DNA from: an uncultured virus (IMG/VR IMGVR_UViG_3300022752_000053)
Lineage: Duplodnaviria > Heunggongvirae > Uroviricota > Caudoviricetes
IMG/VR virus record: IMGVR_UViG_3300022752_000053
Strand: one strand, 5' to 3'
Length of the DNA: 64,000 nucleotides
Shown here: positions 20,139 through 29,250 of the stretch, one piece after another
How the letters are laid out: the number at the start of each line of letters is the position of its first letter
Numbering within the stretch: position 1 is the stretch's first letter
Notes under the pieces: model-generated
Database searches by the model: none
Told to the model about the DNA's origin: nothing
Seen by the model: the letters and a program-made list of their open reading frames with translations, nothing else
Translations under genes and position numbers: made by a program

Positions 20139-20237
20139 ATAATATTGCTATCGTTGCCGCAGGGGAGTTGACTGGCCAAAACCAGTTGCATCTCCCCTTT
20201 TTTTATGCTAAAATAACTACGGGCATGGAGTTAAAAA

Positions 20238-20591
20238 ATGACAGTAAAACTTTTACTTTTGAAGTCAAGTGAAGATGTAATTGCTGATGTTAAGGAATTA
20301 ATTGTTGAGGGTAGGGTAATTGGTTATCAATTGGCAAATCCTTATAGAGTTAGTCTTAACAAATCTGAAGTCTTGTTTGAAGAAGCAACCTCTTCTACGA
20401 GAAATGTAAGTATTACTTTTTTCCCTTGGATTCCTTTATCGCATGATAAGGAAATACCAATTCCTTCAGATTGGGTAGTAACAATGGTTGAGCCAGTTAA
20501 ACAACTTATAGAGTCATACAAGGAGAAAATGAATGCAAAAAATTCAAGTGATAGTGTTGGTAGACAAGACGATTCTGTTGGGTCAGATTGA
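20238..20591 (+). CDS. Hypothetical protein
   Basis: MTVKLLLLKSSEDVIADVKE; GGAG RBS; between hsp20 and gp43. Confidence 0.75.
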   Translation: MTVKLLLLKSSEDVIADVKELIVEGRVIGYQLANPYRVSLNKSEVLFEEATSSTRNVSITFFPWIPLSHDKEIPIPSDWVVTMVEPVKQLIESYKEKMNAKNSSDSVGRQDDSVGSD

Positions 20592-20790
20592 TGAAGTTTC
20601 TTCAGAAATGGGAGAACCAGATTGTAAATTAATCAATCCATATGTTGTGCTTGACGATGCTACTTTGACTCCTTGGTTGTCGAAGTATACAAATCAAAAT
20701 ATTTTTATGATTCATTCTGATAAAATATTGACGATTTCAGAACCAAATGGAAAAATGATTACTAATTATGAGGAAATTTTGAAGGGATGA
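20533..20790 (+). CDS. Hypothetical protein
   Basis: GEPDCKLINPY motif; overlaps the gp43 start. Confidence 0.7.
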   Translation: MQKIQVIVLVDKTILLGQIDEVSSEMGEPDCKLINPYVVLDDATLTPWLSKYTNQNIFMIHSDKILTISEPNGKMITNYEEILKG

Positions 20791-23282
20791 GATTCTACAC
20801 CAATGTGCAATTAGTTGGAAATAAATTTCTTGTTCGTGGTTATGAAAATGGAAAAAGTTTTATGACCAAGGAAGAATATTCTCCAACTCTTTTTGTGAAG
20901 AGTAAACGAGAGAGTAAATATAAAACTTTAGATGGTGAATATGTAGATCCGATTCAACCAGGTTTAGTGAGAGACTGTAGGGATTTTTATCAGAAATATG
21001 ATGGTGTAGATGGATTTAAGATATATGGTAATGACCGATATGTTTGTCAATACATTTCCGACAAATATCCTGAGGATGAAATTAAGTTTGATATAAACAA
21101 GATTAATCTTGCAACGATTGATATTGAAGTTGCTTCTGAGAATGGATTTCCGGATACGGAATCTTGCTCAGAAGAAATTCTCGCTATTACAATACAAAAT
21201 TATTCCAGTAAAAATATTTTAACTTGGGGAAGAAAGGAGTTTAATAATACTCAAAAAAATGTAAAGTATATTCATTGTGAAACTGAAAGGCAACTTTTGA
21301 TTTCATTTTTGGATTATTGGATAAATTTTCCCCCAGAAGTTGTGACTGGGTGGAATATTCAGATGTATGATATTCCATATATTTGTGGAAGACTTTCAAA
21401 GGTATTGGGTGAAAAACAGATGAAAAGATTTTCACCTTGGGGTCTTGTTACCGAGGGTGAAATTTTTGTTTCTGGTAGAAAACAAACTGTCTATGACATT
21501 GGTGGAATTACTCAACTTGATTATATGGATCTTTATAAGAAGTTTACTTATAAGGCACAGGAATCATATCGGTTGGATTATATTGCTGAAGTTGAGTTGG
21601 GGCAAAAGAAACTAGATCACTCTGAGTTTGATACATTTAAGGATTTTTATACTCAAAATTGGCAAAAGTTTGTTGAATATAATATTGTTGACGTAGAACT
21701 TGTTGACCGTCTGGAAGACAAGATGAAATTGATTGAGCTTGCACTTACAATGGCATATGATGCCAAAGTAAATTTTGCTGATGTATTTTATCAGGTTCGT
21801 ATGTGGGATAATATCATTTACAACTATCTTAAGAAACGTGATATTGTTATCCCCCAAAAGAATCGTAATGATAAGGATGAAAAATATGCTGGTGCTTATG
21901 TAAAAGAACCAACTCCTGGTGTTTATGATTGGGTGGTGAATTTTGACTTGAATAGTCTATATCCACATTTGATTATGATGTATAATGTAAGTCCGGAGAC
22001 CTTACTTGACGAGAAGCATCCAACAGTAAATGTGGATAAGATTCTCAGAAAAGAAATTGACTTTTCCGAATATAAGGACTATGCGGTGTGTCCAAATGGT
22101 GCAATGTATCGTAAGGATATTCGTGGATTTCTTCCAGAGTTGATGGAAAAAATGTATAATGATAGAGTCATCTTTAAGAAGAAGATGATTGATGCCAAGA
22201 AACAGTATGAGAAAAAGAAGAGCAAAGAGTTGGAAAAGGAAATTGCCAGATGTAATAACATTCAAATGGCAAAGAAGATTTCTCTAAACTCTGCATATGG
22301 TGCTATTGGTAATCAATATTTTAGATATTACAAACTTGCAAATGCTGAAGCAATCACAACGTCTGGTCAAGTTGCTATTCGTTGGATTGAAAATAAGATG
22401 AATGACTATTTGAATAAACTTCTTAAGACTGATGATGTAGATTATGTTATTGCTTCTGATACTGACTCCATTTATCTTAATATGGGTCCTTTGGTTGACA
22501 CTGTATACAAGGGAAGAGAGAAAACTACTGAAGGCATTGTTTCGTTCCTTGATAAGATCTGTGAAATGGAACTTGAAAAGTATATTGAAGGTTCTTACCA
22601 AGAATTGGCAGATTATGTAAATGCTTATGCCCAGAAGATGCAGATGAAGCGGGAGAATATTGCTGACCGTGGAATCTGGACTGCCAAGAAGCGATACATT
22701 TTGAATGTCTGGGATAGTGAAGGTGTTCGTTATGATGAACCTAAACTAAAGATGATGGGTATTGAAGCAGTCAAATCTTCTACTCCTGCACCTTGTCGTC
22801 AGATGATTAAGGATGGTCTGAAGATTATGATGAGTGGCACCGAAGATGAAGTTATTGATTATATCGATAAGTGTAGAGCAGAGTTTAAGAAACTTCCTCC
22901 AGAGCAAATATCATTTCCAAGATCCGTAAATGATGTGAAAAAATATTATTCACATTCTCAAATTTATGAGAAGGGAACACCAATTGCAGTTCGTGGGGCT
23001 CTTCTCTTTAATCATTATATTAAGGAGAAGAAACTTACTAATAAATATTCACTTATTAAGAATGGTGAAAAGATTAAATTTTGTTATTTAAAGAAACCAA
23101 ATCCAATATATGAAAATGTGATTTCATATATTTCAGATTTCCCAAAAGAATTGGGACTTGACAAATATGTAGATTATGACTTACAATTTGAAAAAAGTTT
23201 CCTAGAACCACTTAAGTCAATTTTAGATTCAATTGGATGGAGTGTGGAAAAAACCGTTAACCTTGATTTATTTTTTGCCTGA
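20787..23282 (+). CDS. gp43: Family B DNA polymerase gp43
   Basis: ExoI DIEV, DLNSLYPHL, KISLNSAYG, SDTDS; uninterrupted. Confidence 0.98.
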   Translation: MRFYTNVQLVGNKFLVRGYENGKSFMTKEEYSPTLFVKSKRESKYKTLDGEYVDPIQPGLVRDCRDFYQKYDGVDGFKIYGNDRYVCQYISDKYPEDEIKFDINKINLATIDIEVASENGFPDTESCSEEILAITIQNYSSKNILTWGRKEFNNTQKNVKYIHCETERQLLISFLDYWINFPPEVVTGWNIQMYDIPYICGRLSKVLGEKQMKRFSPWGLVTEGEIFVSGRKQTVYDIGGITQLDYMDLYKKFTYKAQESYRLDYIAEVELGQKKLDHSEFDTFKDFYTQNWQKFVEYNIVDVELVDRLEDKMKLIELALTMAYDAKVNFADVFYQVRMWDNIIYNYLKKRDIVIPQKNRNDKDEKYAGAYVKEPTPGVYDWVVNFDLNSLYPHLIMMYNVSPETLLDEKHPTVNVDKILRKEIDFSEYKDYAVCPNGAMYRKDIRGFLPELMEKMYNDRVIFKKKMIDAKKQYEKKKSKELEKEIARCNNIQMAKKISLNSAYGAIGNQYFRYYKLANAEAITTSGQVAIRWIENKMNDYLNKLLKTDDVDYVIASDTDSIYLNMGPLVDTVYKGREKTTEGIVSFLDKICEMELEKYIEGSYQELADYVNAYAQKMQMKRENIADRGIWTAKKRYILNVWDSEGVRYDEPKLKMMGIEAVKSSTPAPCRQMIKDGLKIMMSGTEDEVIDYIDKCRAEFKKLPPEQISFPRSVNDVKKYYSHSQIYEKGTPIAVRGALLFNHYIKEKKLTNKYSLIKNGEKIKFCYLKKPNPIYENVISYISDFPKELGLDKYVDYDLQFEKSFLEPLKSILDSIGWSVEKTVNLDLFFA

Positions 23283-23449
23283 TGGAATTGCCAATTAACG
23301 ACAAGGAACTTGATACAATCATTAGTGCTCTTGGTGTGGGTGGAGATGCCGCACTTTATAAAAAACTCAAAACTGTAAAAGAAGTCCGGAATGAAAATCC
23401 CGACTGCTATAAAAAAATCTTACGCGAAGAATACGGGATGGTAATTTGA
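23282..23449 (+). CDS. Small hypothetical protein (55 aa)
   Basis: MELPINDKELD...EEYGMVI; TGATG overlaps with both gp43 and uvsX. Confidence 0.65.
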   Translation: MELPINDKELDTIISALGVGGDAALYKKLKTVKEVRNENPDCYKKILREEYGMVI

Positions 23450-24459
23450 TGGATTTTCTTAAAGATATTGTAAAAGAAATTGGCGATGACTACACAGAGT
23501 TGGCATCAGACATTGATGAGACTGAAACATATGTGGACACTGGTTCCTACGTTTTTAATGCTCTTGTCAGTGGGAGTATCTTTGGTGGTGTATCTGGTAA
23601 CAAAATTACTGCAATCGCAGGTGAAAGTTCTACGGGAAAGACTTTCTTCAGTCTGGCTGTCGTTAAGAATTTTCTTGATAGTAATCCTGATGGATATTGT
23701 CTCTATTTTGATACTGAAGCAGCAATCACTAGATCACTTCTAGAAAGTCGTGGTGTTGATACGAAACGTCTTGTGGTTGTCAGAGTAGTTACAATTGAAG
23801 ACTTTAGAAATAAGGCACTGAAAGCAGTAGATATATATCTTAAGTCACCAGTGGATGATCGCAAACCTTGTATGTTTGTATTAGATTCTCTGGGTATGCT
23901 TTCTACTGATAAAGAGATTACTGATGCCCTAAATGAAAAGCAAGTCCGAGATATGACCAAATCTCAACTTGTGAAAGGTGCATTCCGAATGCTTACACTT
24001 AAACTTGGTCAAGCAAAAATTCCAATGATTGTAACCAATCATACCTACGATGTCATCGGTTCTTATGTTCCTACTAAAGAGATGGGAGGTGGCTCTGGTC
24101 TTAAGTATGCCAGTAGCACTATTGTATATCTCAGTAAGAAGAAGGAAAAAGATGGAACAGAAATCGTTGGAAACATTATCAAAGCAAAGACTGCTAAGTC
24201 GCGTTTGAGTAAGGAAAATAAAGATGTTGAGATTCGTTTGTTTTATGATGAGCGTGGTCTAGATCGATATTATGGTCTTCTTGAGTTGGGTGAACTTGGT
24301 GGACTTTGGAAAAATACTGCAGGAAGATATGAAATTGGTGGTAAAAAACTTTATGCCAAAGAAATCCTAAAAGATCCTGAGAAATATTTTACCGAAGAGG
24401 TAATGCAAAAAATTGATGAAATTGCTCAAGCGGAGTTTAGTTATGGATTGTCTAGTTGA
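23449..24459 (+). CDS. uvsX: RecA-like recombinase UvsX
   Basis: GESSTGKT, DSLGML, MGGGSGLKYASS. Confidence 0.95.
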   Translation: MDFLKDIVKEIGDDYTELASDIDETETYVDTGSYVFNALVSGSIFGGVSGNKITAIAGESSTGKTFFSLAVVKNFLDSNPDGYCLYFDTEAAITRSLLESRGVDTKRLVVVRVVTIEDFRNKALKAVDIYLKSPVDDRKPCMFVLDSLGMLSTDKEITDALNEKQVRDMTKSQLVKGAFRMLTLKLGQAKIPMIVTNHTYDVIGSYVPTKEMGGGSGLKYASSTIVYLSKKKEKDGTEIVGNIIKAKTAKSRLSKENKDVEIRLFYDERGLDRYYGLLELGELGGLWKNTAGRYEIGGKKLYAKEILKDPEKYFTEEVMQKIDEIAQAEFSYGLSS

Positions 24460-25000
24460 TTTAATTAAAGTATATGATAATGCAATTGAAAAAAATATTT
24501 GTGATATTTTAATTGATATATTTGACACTCACGAAGATAAGCATGATATAATTGAGAATGATCGTAAACCAAATTTTACACAATTAAATTTGACAGAGAT
24601 TTCTACTGAGTCTGAAGAGATTACTCAGGTGCATAATTATTTGATAAGTAAAGTGTTTGAATATAAAAAAGAATACTACGAATTTATCGATAAAAGATGC
24701 TTTCCTGAAGAACATGCTTTTGAGCAATTTAGAATTAAGAAATATAATAATGACGGTCATGATTCTTTTGATCATCATGTTGATGTTACAGATTATTCAA
24801 GTGCAAGAAGATTTTTATCATTTTTGTGGTATTTGAATGATGTTGATATTGGTGGAGAAACAGTTTTTAAGGATGTCACATTAAAACCTCAGGTAGGAAA
24901 ATTAATGATATTTCCACCATTATGGATGTTTCCACATTATGCTAGACCACCAGTGAGTAATGTAAAATACATTCTTCACACATACCTTCACTACAAGTAA
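24443..25000 (+). CDS. 2OG-Fe(II) oxygenase
   Basis: HVD..WYLNDVDIGGET..FPPLWMFPH..KY. Confidence 0.88.
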   Translation: MDCLVDLIKVYDNAIEKNICDILIDIFDTHEDKHDIIENDRKPNFTQLNLTEISTESEEITQVHNYLISKVFEYKKEYYEFIDKRCFPEEHAFEQFRIKKYNNDGHDSFDHHVDVTDYSSARRFLSFLWYLNDVDIGGETVFKDVTLKPQVGKLMIFPPLWMFPHYARPPVSNVKYILHTYLHYK

Positions 25001-26382
25001 TGGATAAAATTGAATTTGTCATTCTCAAAAATTTATTATGCAACGAAAATTACAGTCGAAAAGTTTTACCTTTTATTAAAGAAGAATACTTTGAAGATAT
25101 AAATCAAAAAATTGTTTTTGAGGAAATTAATTCTTTTATTCGCCAATATAATCAACTTGCAACTAAAGAAATTCTTTTAATTGAAGTTGATAAAAGGTCT
25201 GATATTAATGAGGACAATTATAAAAGTATTGCTAAAATACTTGAAGGTTTTGATGATTCAATATCCGAATTTGACTGGTTAATTAATACTACTGAAAAGT
25301 GGTGTCGTGACAGAGCAATATATCTTGCTCTGATGGAGTCAATTCATATTGCTGATGGTAAAAATGATAAAAAAAATCGAGATGCAATTCCATCCATTCT
25401 TTCCGATGCACTTGCAGTAAGTTTTGATAATCATGTTGGACATGACTATCTTCAAGACTATGAGGAAAGATATGAAACCTATCACAAAAAGGAGCAAAAA
25501 ATTGAATTCGATCTTGAATACTTTAATAAAATTACAAAAGGTGGTTTACCTAATAAGACTCTCAACATCGCTCTTGCTGGTACGGGCGTCGGAAAAAGTC
25601 TCTTCATGTGCCACGTTGCTAGTGCCTGCTTATTGCAAGGGCGCAATGTTCTCTACATCACACTTGAGATGGCAGAGGAGAAAATTGCTGAGCGAATTGA
25701 TGCAAACTTATTGAATGTAAATATCAAAGATATTGGTGATTTGCCAAAATCTATATTTGAATCTAAAGTAAACAGTATTGTAAAAAAGACTCAGGGCACC
25801 TTTATTATTAAAGAGTATCCAACTGCTTCTGCTCATGCTGGACATTTTAAAGCACTTCTTAATGAATTGTCTCTTAAAAAGTCATTTAAACCAAATATTA
25901 TTTTTATTGATTATCTTAATATTTGTGCCTCATCAAGATATAAAGGTAATCTCTCAGTCAATTCTTACTCCTATATTAAAGCAATTGCTGAAGAATTACG
26001 AGGACTTGCCGTGGAATTTAACGTTCCAATTGTTTCTGCTACTCAAACTACTCGGAGTGGTTCGACAAACTCGGATCCAGATTTAACCGATACTTCCGAA
26101 TCCTTTGGTCTTCCTGCTACTGCTGATCTTATGTTTGCTCTTATTAGCACTGAAGAGTTGGAAGGACTCGGACAAATTATGGTAAAACAATTAAAGAATC
26201 GTTATAATGATCCAACAATGAATAAGAGATTTATTGTTGGTATTGATCGTGCTAAAATGCGTCTTTATGATGTTGACCAAACTGCACAAAATAATGTTGT
26301 TGACAATGGGCAAGAAGAGGAGTATAATTCGGAAGAAAAGAAGAAACCCCTAAAAGAAAAATTCGGAGCTTTTAAATTCTAA
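25000..26382 (+). CDS. gp41: Replicative helicase gp41
   Basis: AGTGVGKS, TLEMAEE, IDYLNIC, SATQTTR, KNRYND. Confidence 0.97.
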   Translation: MDKIEFVILKNLLCNENYSRKVLPFIKEEYFEDINQKIVFEEINSFIRQYNQLATKEILLIEVDKRSDINEDNYKSIAKILEGFDDSISEFDWLINTTEKWCRDRAIYLALMESIHIADGKNDKKNRDAIPSILSDALAVSFDNHVGHDYLQDYEERYETYHKKEQKIEFDLEYFNKITKGGLPNKTLNIALAGTGVGKSLFMCHVASACLLQGRNVLYITLEMAEEKIAERIDANLLNVNIKDIGDLPKSIFESKVNSIVKKTQGTFIIKEYPTASAHAGHFKALLNELSLKKSFKPNIIFIDYLNICASSRYKGNLSVNSYSYIKAIAEELRGLAVEFNVPIVSATQTTRSGSTNSDPDLTDTSESFGLPATADLMFALISTEELEGLGQIMVKQLKNRYNDPTMNKRFIVGIDRAKMRLYDVDQTAQNNVVDNGQEEEYNSEEKKKPLKEKFGAFKF

Positions 26383-26789
26383 TGACTAATATTGACACGC
26401 AAAAATACATCGAATTCGTTCGTCAAACTACAAGTGATGCCAGTAGTGATTTTGCAGCACTTCTTGCTCGTCTAACAGAACTGGAACTTGCTGATGCCGA
26501 TGTTCCCCGTCTTCTTACTGCGGCATTTGGAGTGTCTGCCGAAGCAGGTGAATTGGTTGAAATTGTAAAGAAGATGTTTCTTCAAGGAAAACCTTATACC
26601 GAAGATAATATTATTCATATGAAGAAAGAAGCAGGAGATATTCTTTGGTATATGTCTCAACTTTGTATTGCTCTTGATACCACCTTTGAAGAATTGATGG
26701 AAATCAACTATCAAAAACTATCTGCAAGATATCCTGAAGGAACGTTTGATGTTCATAGAAGTGAAAATCGTGTAGTTGGGGATATTTGA
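26382..26789 (+). CDS. mazG: MazG-like nucleotide pyrophosphohydrolase
   Basis: AEAGELVEIVKK, EAGDILWY, NYQKLSARYP. Confidence 0.9.
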   Translation: MTNIDTQKYIEFVRQTTSDASSDFAALLARLTELELADADVPRLLTAAFGVSAEAGELVEIVKKMFLQGKPYTEDNIIHMKKEAGDILWYMSQLCIALDTTFEELMEINYQKLSARYPEGTFDVHRSENRVVGDI

Positions 26790-26819
26790 TTTATAAATAA
26801 CTAAAAAGTATTTGTAAAA

Positions 26820-27869
26820 ATGGATCCTAAGGAACTCAGAGGTTTGATGGAAGCATATACTGAAGTTTATGCTCCACAAGAAGAAATTGATGAAGCATCA
26901 TATTCTGCAAAGGCAGCAAGAGCAGGTAAAGATATCGGTAAACCTGGTAAAGCATTTTCAAAAATTGCTGCTTCTGCTGCAAAGCGTTATGGTTCTGAAG
27001 AGAGCGGTAAGAAAGTTGCTGGTGCAGTATTAGCAAAACTTCGTAAAGAAGAAATTGAAATTCTTGAAGATGTTATTGATGAAAATAGAATGGCTTCTCG
27101 CATGGAGAAAATGCCATCAGCACCTGCTAAAGTTGGTAAGGCAACTCATTCAACCAAAGATCTTGTTCCTTCAAAACCACCAACACCAGAAGAAAAGGCA
27201 AAGGCAAGAAAGGCACTTGGACTTGGTGAAGCAACTGCCATGGCAAAGAGGGGCAAGGATGAGACTGCTATTCGTAACAAGATTGCTTCATCAACTGGTG
27301 GTGGGCAATCTGCAGATAGAGCAGGAGCATTAGCAGATAGACCAACATATGGACAATCTGGTACTGATCCTAAAGCTAGAGCAAATTATGCAAGAAAGCA
27401 GATGGGTGATTTCCGCAAAACAAATTCATCTAATCCAGGACTTCACGGTTATGGTCATAAATCAAATGATCCTGAGGTAAAAGCAAAGCAAGCAGCAAGA
27501 GGAGCACAGAGAGGATCTGCTACTCTAACTCCTAACGAGAAGAAGAAACTTAATATGGGTGAAGCATACGACCTTTACGACATCATCCTTTCACATCTTA
27601 TTGATGAAGGTTATGCTGATACTCAAGAACAAGCAGAAGTCATTATGGTGAATATGAGTGAGGATTGGAGAGATAGTATTATTGAAACTCGTTTGGATCC
27701 AAGAGGTCGTCCTGCTTCTGGTCCTATGAATGTTTATGCTAATCCAAAGAAACCTTCACAGGCACATTTGGATGCTGTAAAAGCATATGATGAGAAGCAG
27801 AAAAAGAAAACTCCTGAGCAAAAAAAGGCAGAACTTGATGCTTATATGAATAGAAAAATGTATAGTTAA
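26820..27869 (+). CDS. Late modular basic protein, candidate internal head polyprotein
   Basis: Late promoter at 26793; Lys/Ala-rich blocks separated by acidic hydrophobic-X-Glu linkers. Confidence 0.55.
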   Translation: MDPKELRGLMEAYTEVYAPQEEIDEASYSAKAARAGKDIGKPGKAFSKIAASAAKRYGSEESGKKVAGAVLAKLRKEEIEILEDVIDENRMASRMEKMPSAPAKVGKATHSTKDLVPSKPPTPEEKAKARKALGLGEATAMAKRGKDETAIRNKIASSTGGGQSADRAGALADRPTYGQSGTDPKARANYARKQMGDFRKTNSSNPGLHGYGHKSNDPEVKAKQAARGAQRGSATLTPNEKKKLNMGEAYDLYDIILSHLIDEGYADTQEQAEVIMVNMSEDWRDSIIETRLDPRGRPASGPMNVYANPKKPSQAHLDAVKAYDEKQKKKTPEQKKAELDAYMNRKMYS

Positions 27870-27940
27870 ACTTAAACGCTGAAGGTTGTGATATTACCCA
27901 CTTGACTTTTAGTTGAGTGGGTTTTATAATTGGCAGGTAA

Positions 27941-28013
27941 GGGGAATTAGCTCAGTCGGTAGAGTGCGGTCTTTGCAAGGCTGAATTCAGGAGTTCGAGT
28001 CTCCTATTCTCCA
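27941..28013 (+). tRNA. tRNA-Ala(UGC)
   Basis: Acceptor GGGGAAT/ATTCTCC, anticodon TGC, TTCGAGT T-loop; own promoter TTGACT-17-TATAAT at 27902-27930. Confidence 0.9.
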
Positions 28014-28043
28014 TTCTAAATACTTAAAAAGTATTAATAACTG

Positions 28044-29219
28044 ATGGCTACTAATGCTACAGAAACTGCTAAACAAGAAAATGGTTCAAGAGTTTTTTTT
28101 GAATCAGTAATTGAAACTGGGAAAGAACCATCAGATGCAGTTATGTTGAAAGTTTATGATGGTTATAATGCAGAATGGAAAGAAACATATCGGAAACAGG
28201 CAGCAGCATTAAAGAAATTTCTAGGGTCAAATAAAGGATATGAATATTCCAGAGATACTGGAATAATGCCTTATATTGAAGATATTGCTAAAAGGGATTG
28301 TGGAGTTTCTGTTAAAGACAGATGGAATCCTATGGATATTGTCATGATTAAAAAAAATATGAAGAGATCTGTTGAGGGTACGATAAAAGAACTTACCAAT
28401 ATTGATGGAATTAGTAAGCAAGCAAACCTTTCTCTTTTGAATACTTATATGAAAGAAGCACTGCAAGATAAAATATTAATTGGAGTTTCTTTAAAGGCAA
28501 TATCAAAAAATAAAAAAGTTGCCAGCGCAGAGTTAGCAAATATGGGTGGAGATAAAGCAGGAAGAATTGATATTGACCTTATTCCACGTTCATTGAAATG
28601 TACTCTTACTTTAGGTAAAAAAGCAAACTTTTTATTTGATACTGGAGAACTTGGATTTGATTTGAAAACAGAGTCTGGAGGACAAATTCACGGACAATCT
28701 AGAAACTTTCAGTATTCTCAAGCAAGGAATGTGGTTCAAACTGATTTAACTCCAAAAGGAAAAGATGCTGGAGCAAAACTTGGAAAGGTTTCTAGTGTTG
28801 CTATGGATAAGTTCTTTTCTGATCTTGGAATGACTAGACCATCATCAGCAACTAAACACCCACATATTCCTGCTGTAGGAAAATGGAATGATACTGATAA
28901 AAAATATTGGGTAGACATGTATAATAAATTGAAAAATAATTCTATGATAGATTTTGGTGAAGTTTCTGTATATCAGGATGGTAAAAAAATTGGAGATACT
29001 TTTGAAGAAGTTTTAGAGAATGCAATCATATATGAAACAAACACAAGCGATAGAAGTTCTGCTGGAAGATTCTCTTCAAAACTCATTGCTATGGAATGGG
29101 CCAATACTTGGGCACAAATATCTAAGAAAGATAAAATGAAAGATTGGTGCAGAGTATTGTATTATGGAGCAAAGAAAGAGTTTGGTTCTGCAAATGGTCC
29201 ATTTTTAAAGATATACTAA
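28044..29219 (+). CDS. Hypothetical protein, possible PD-(D/E)xK-like nuclease
   Basis: 391-aa ORF; KDRWNPMDIVM...LIGVSLK pattern; CTAAATA late promoter at 28016. The ORF is secure, the function is tentative. Confidence 0.4.
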   Translation: MATNATETAKQENGSRVFFESVIETGKEPSDAVMLKVYDGYNAEWKETYRKQAAALKKFLGSNKGYEYSRDTGIMPYIEDIAKRDCGVSVKDRWNPMDIVMIKKNMKRSVEGTIKELTNIDGISKQANLSLLNTYMKEALQDKILIGVSLKAISKNKKVASAELANMGGDKAGRIDIDLIPRSLKCTLTLGKKANFLFDTGELGFDLKTESGGQIHGQSRNFQYSQARNVVQTDLTPKGKDAGAKLGKVSSVAMDKFFSDLGMTRPSSATKHPHIPAVGKWNDTDKKYWVDMYNKLKNNSMIDFGEVSVYQDGKKIGDTFEEVLENAIIYETNTSDRSSAGRFSSKLIAMEWANTWAQISKKDKMKDWCRVLYYGAKKEFGSANGPFLKIY

Positions 29220-29250
29220 ACAAATAAATAAAGGTATATAATCAAACAAT

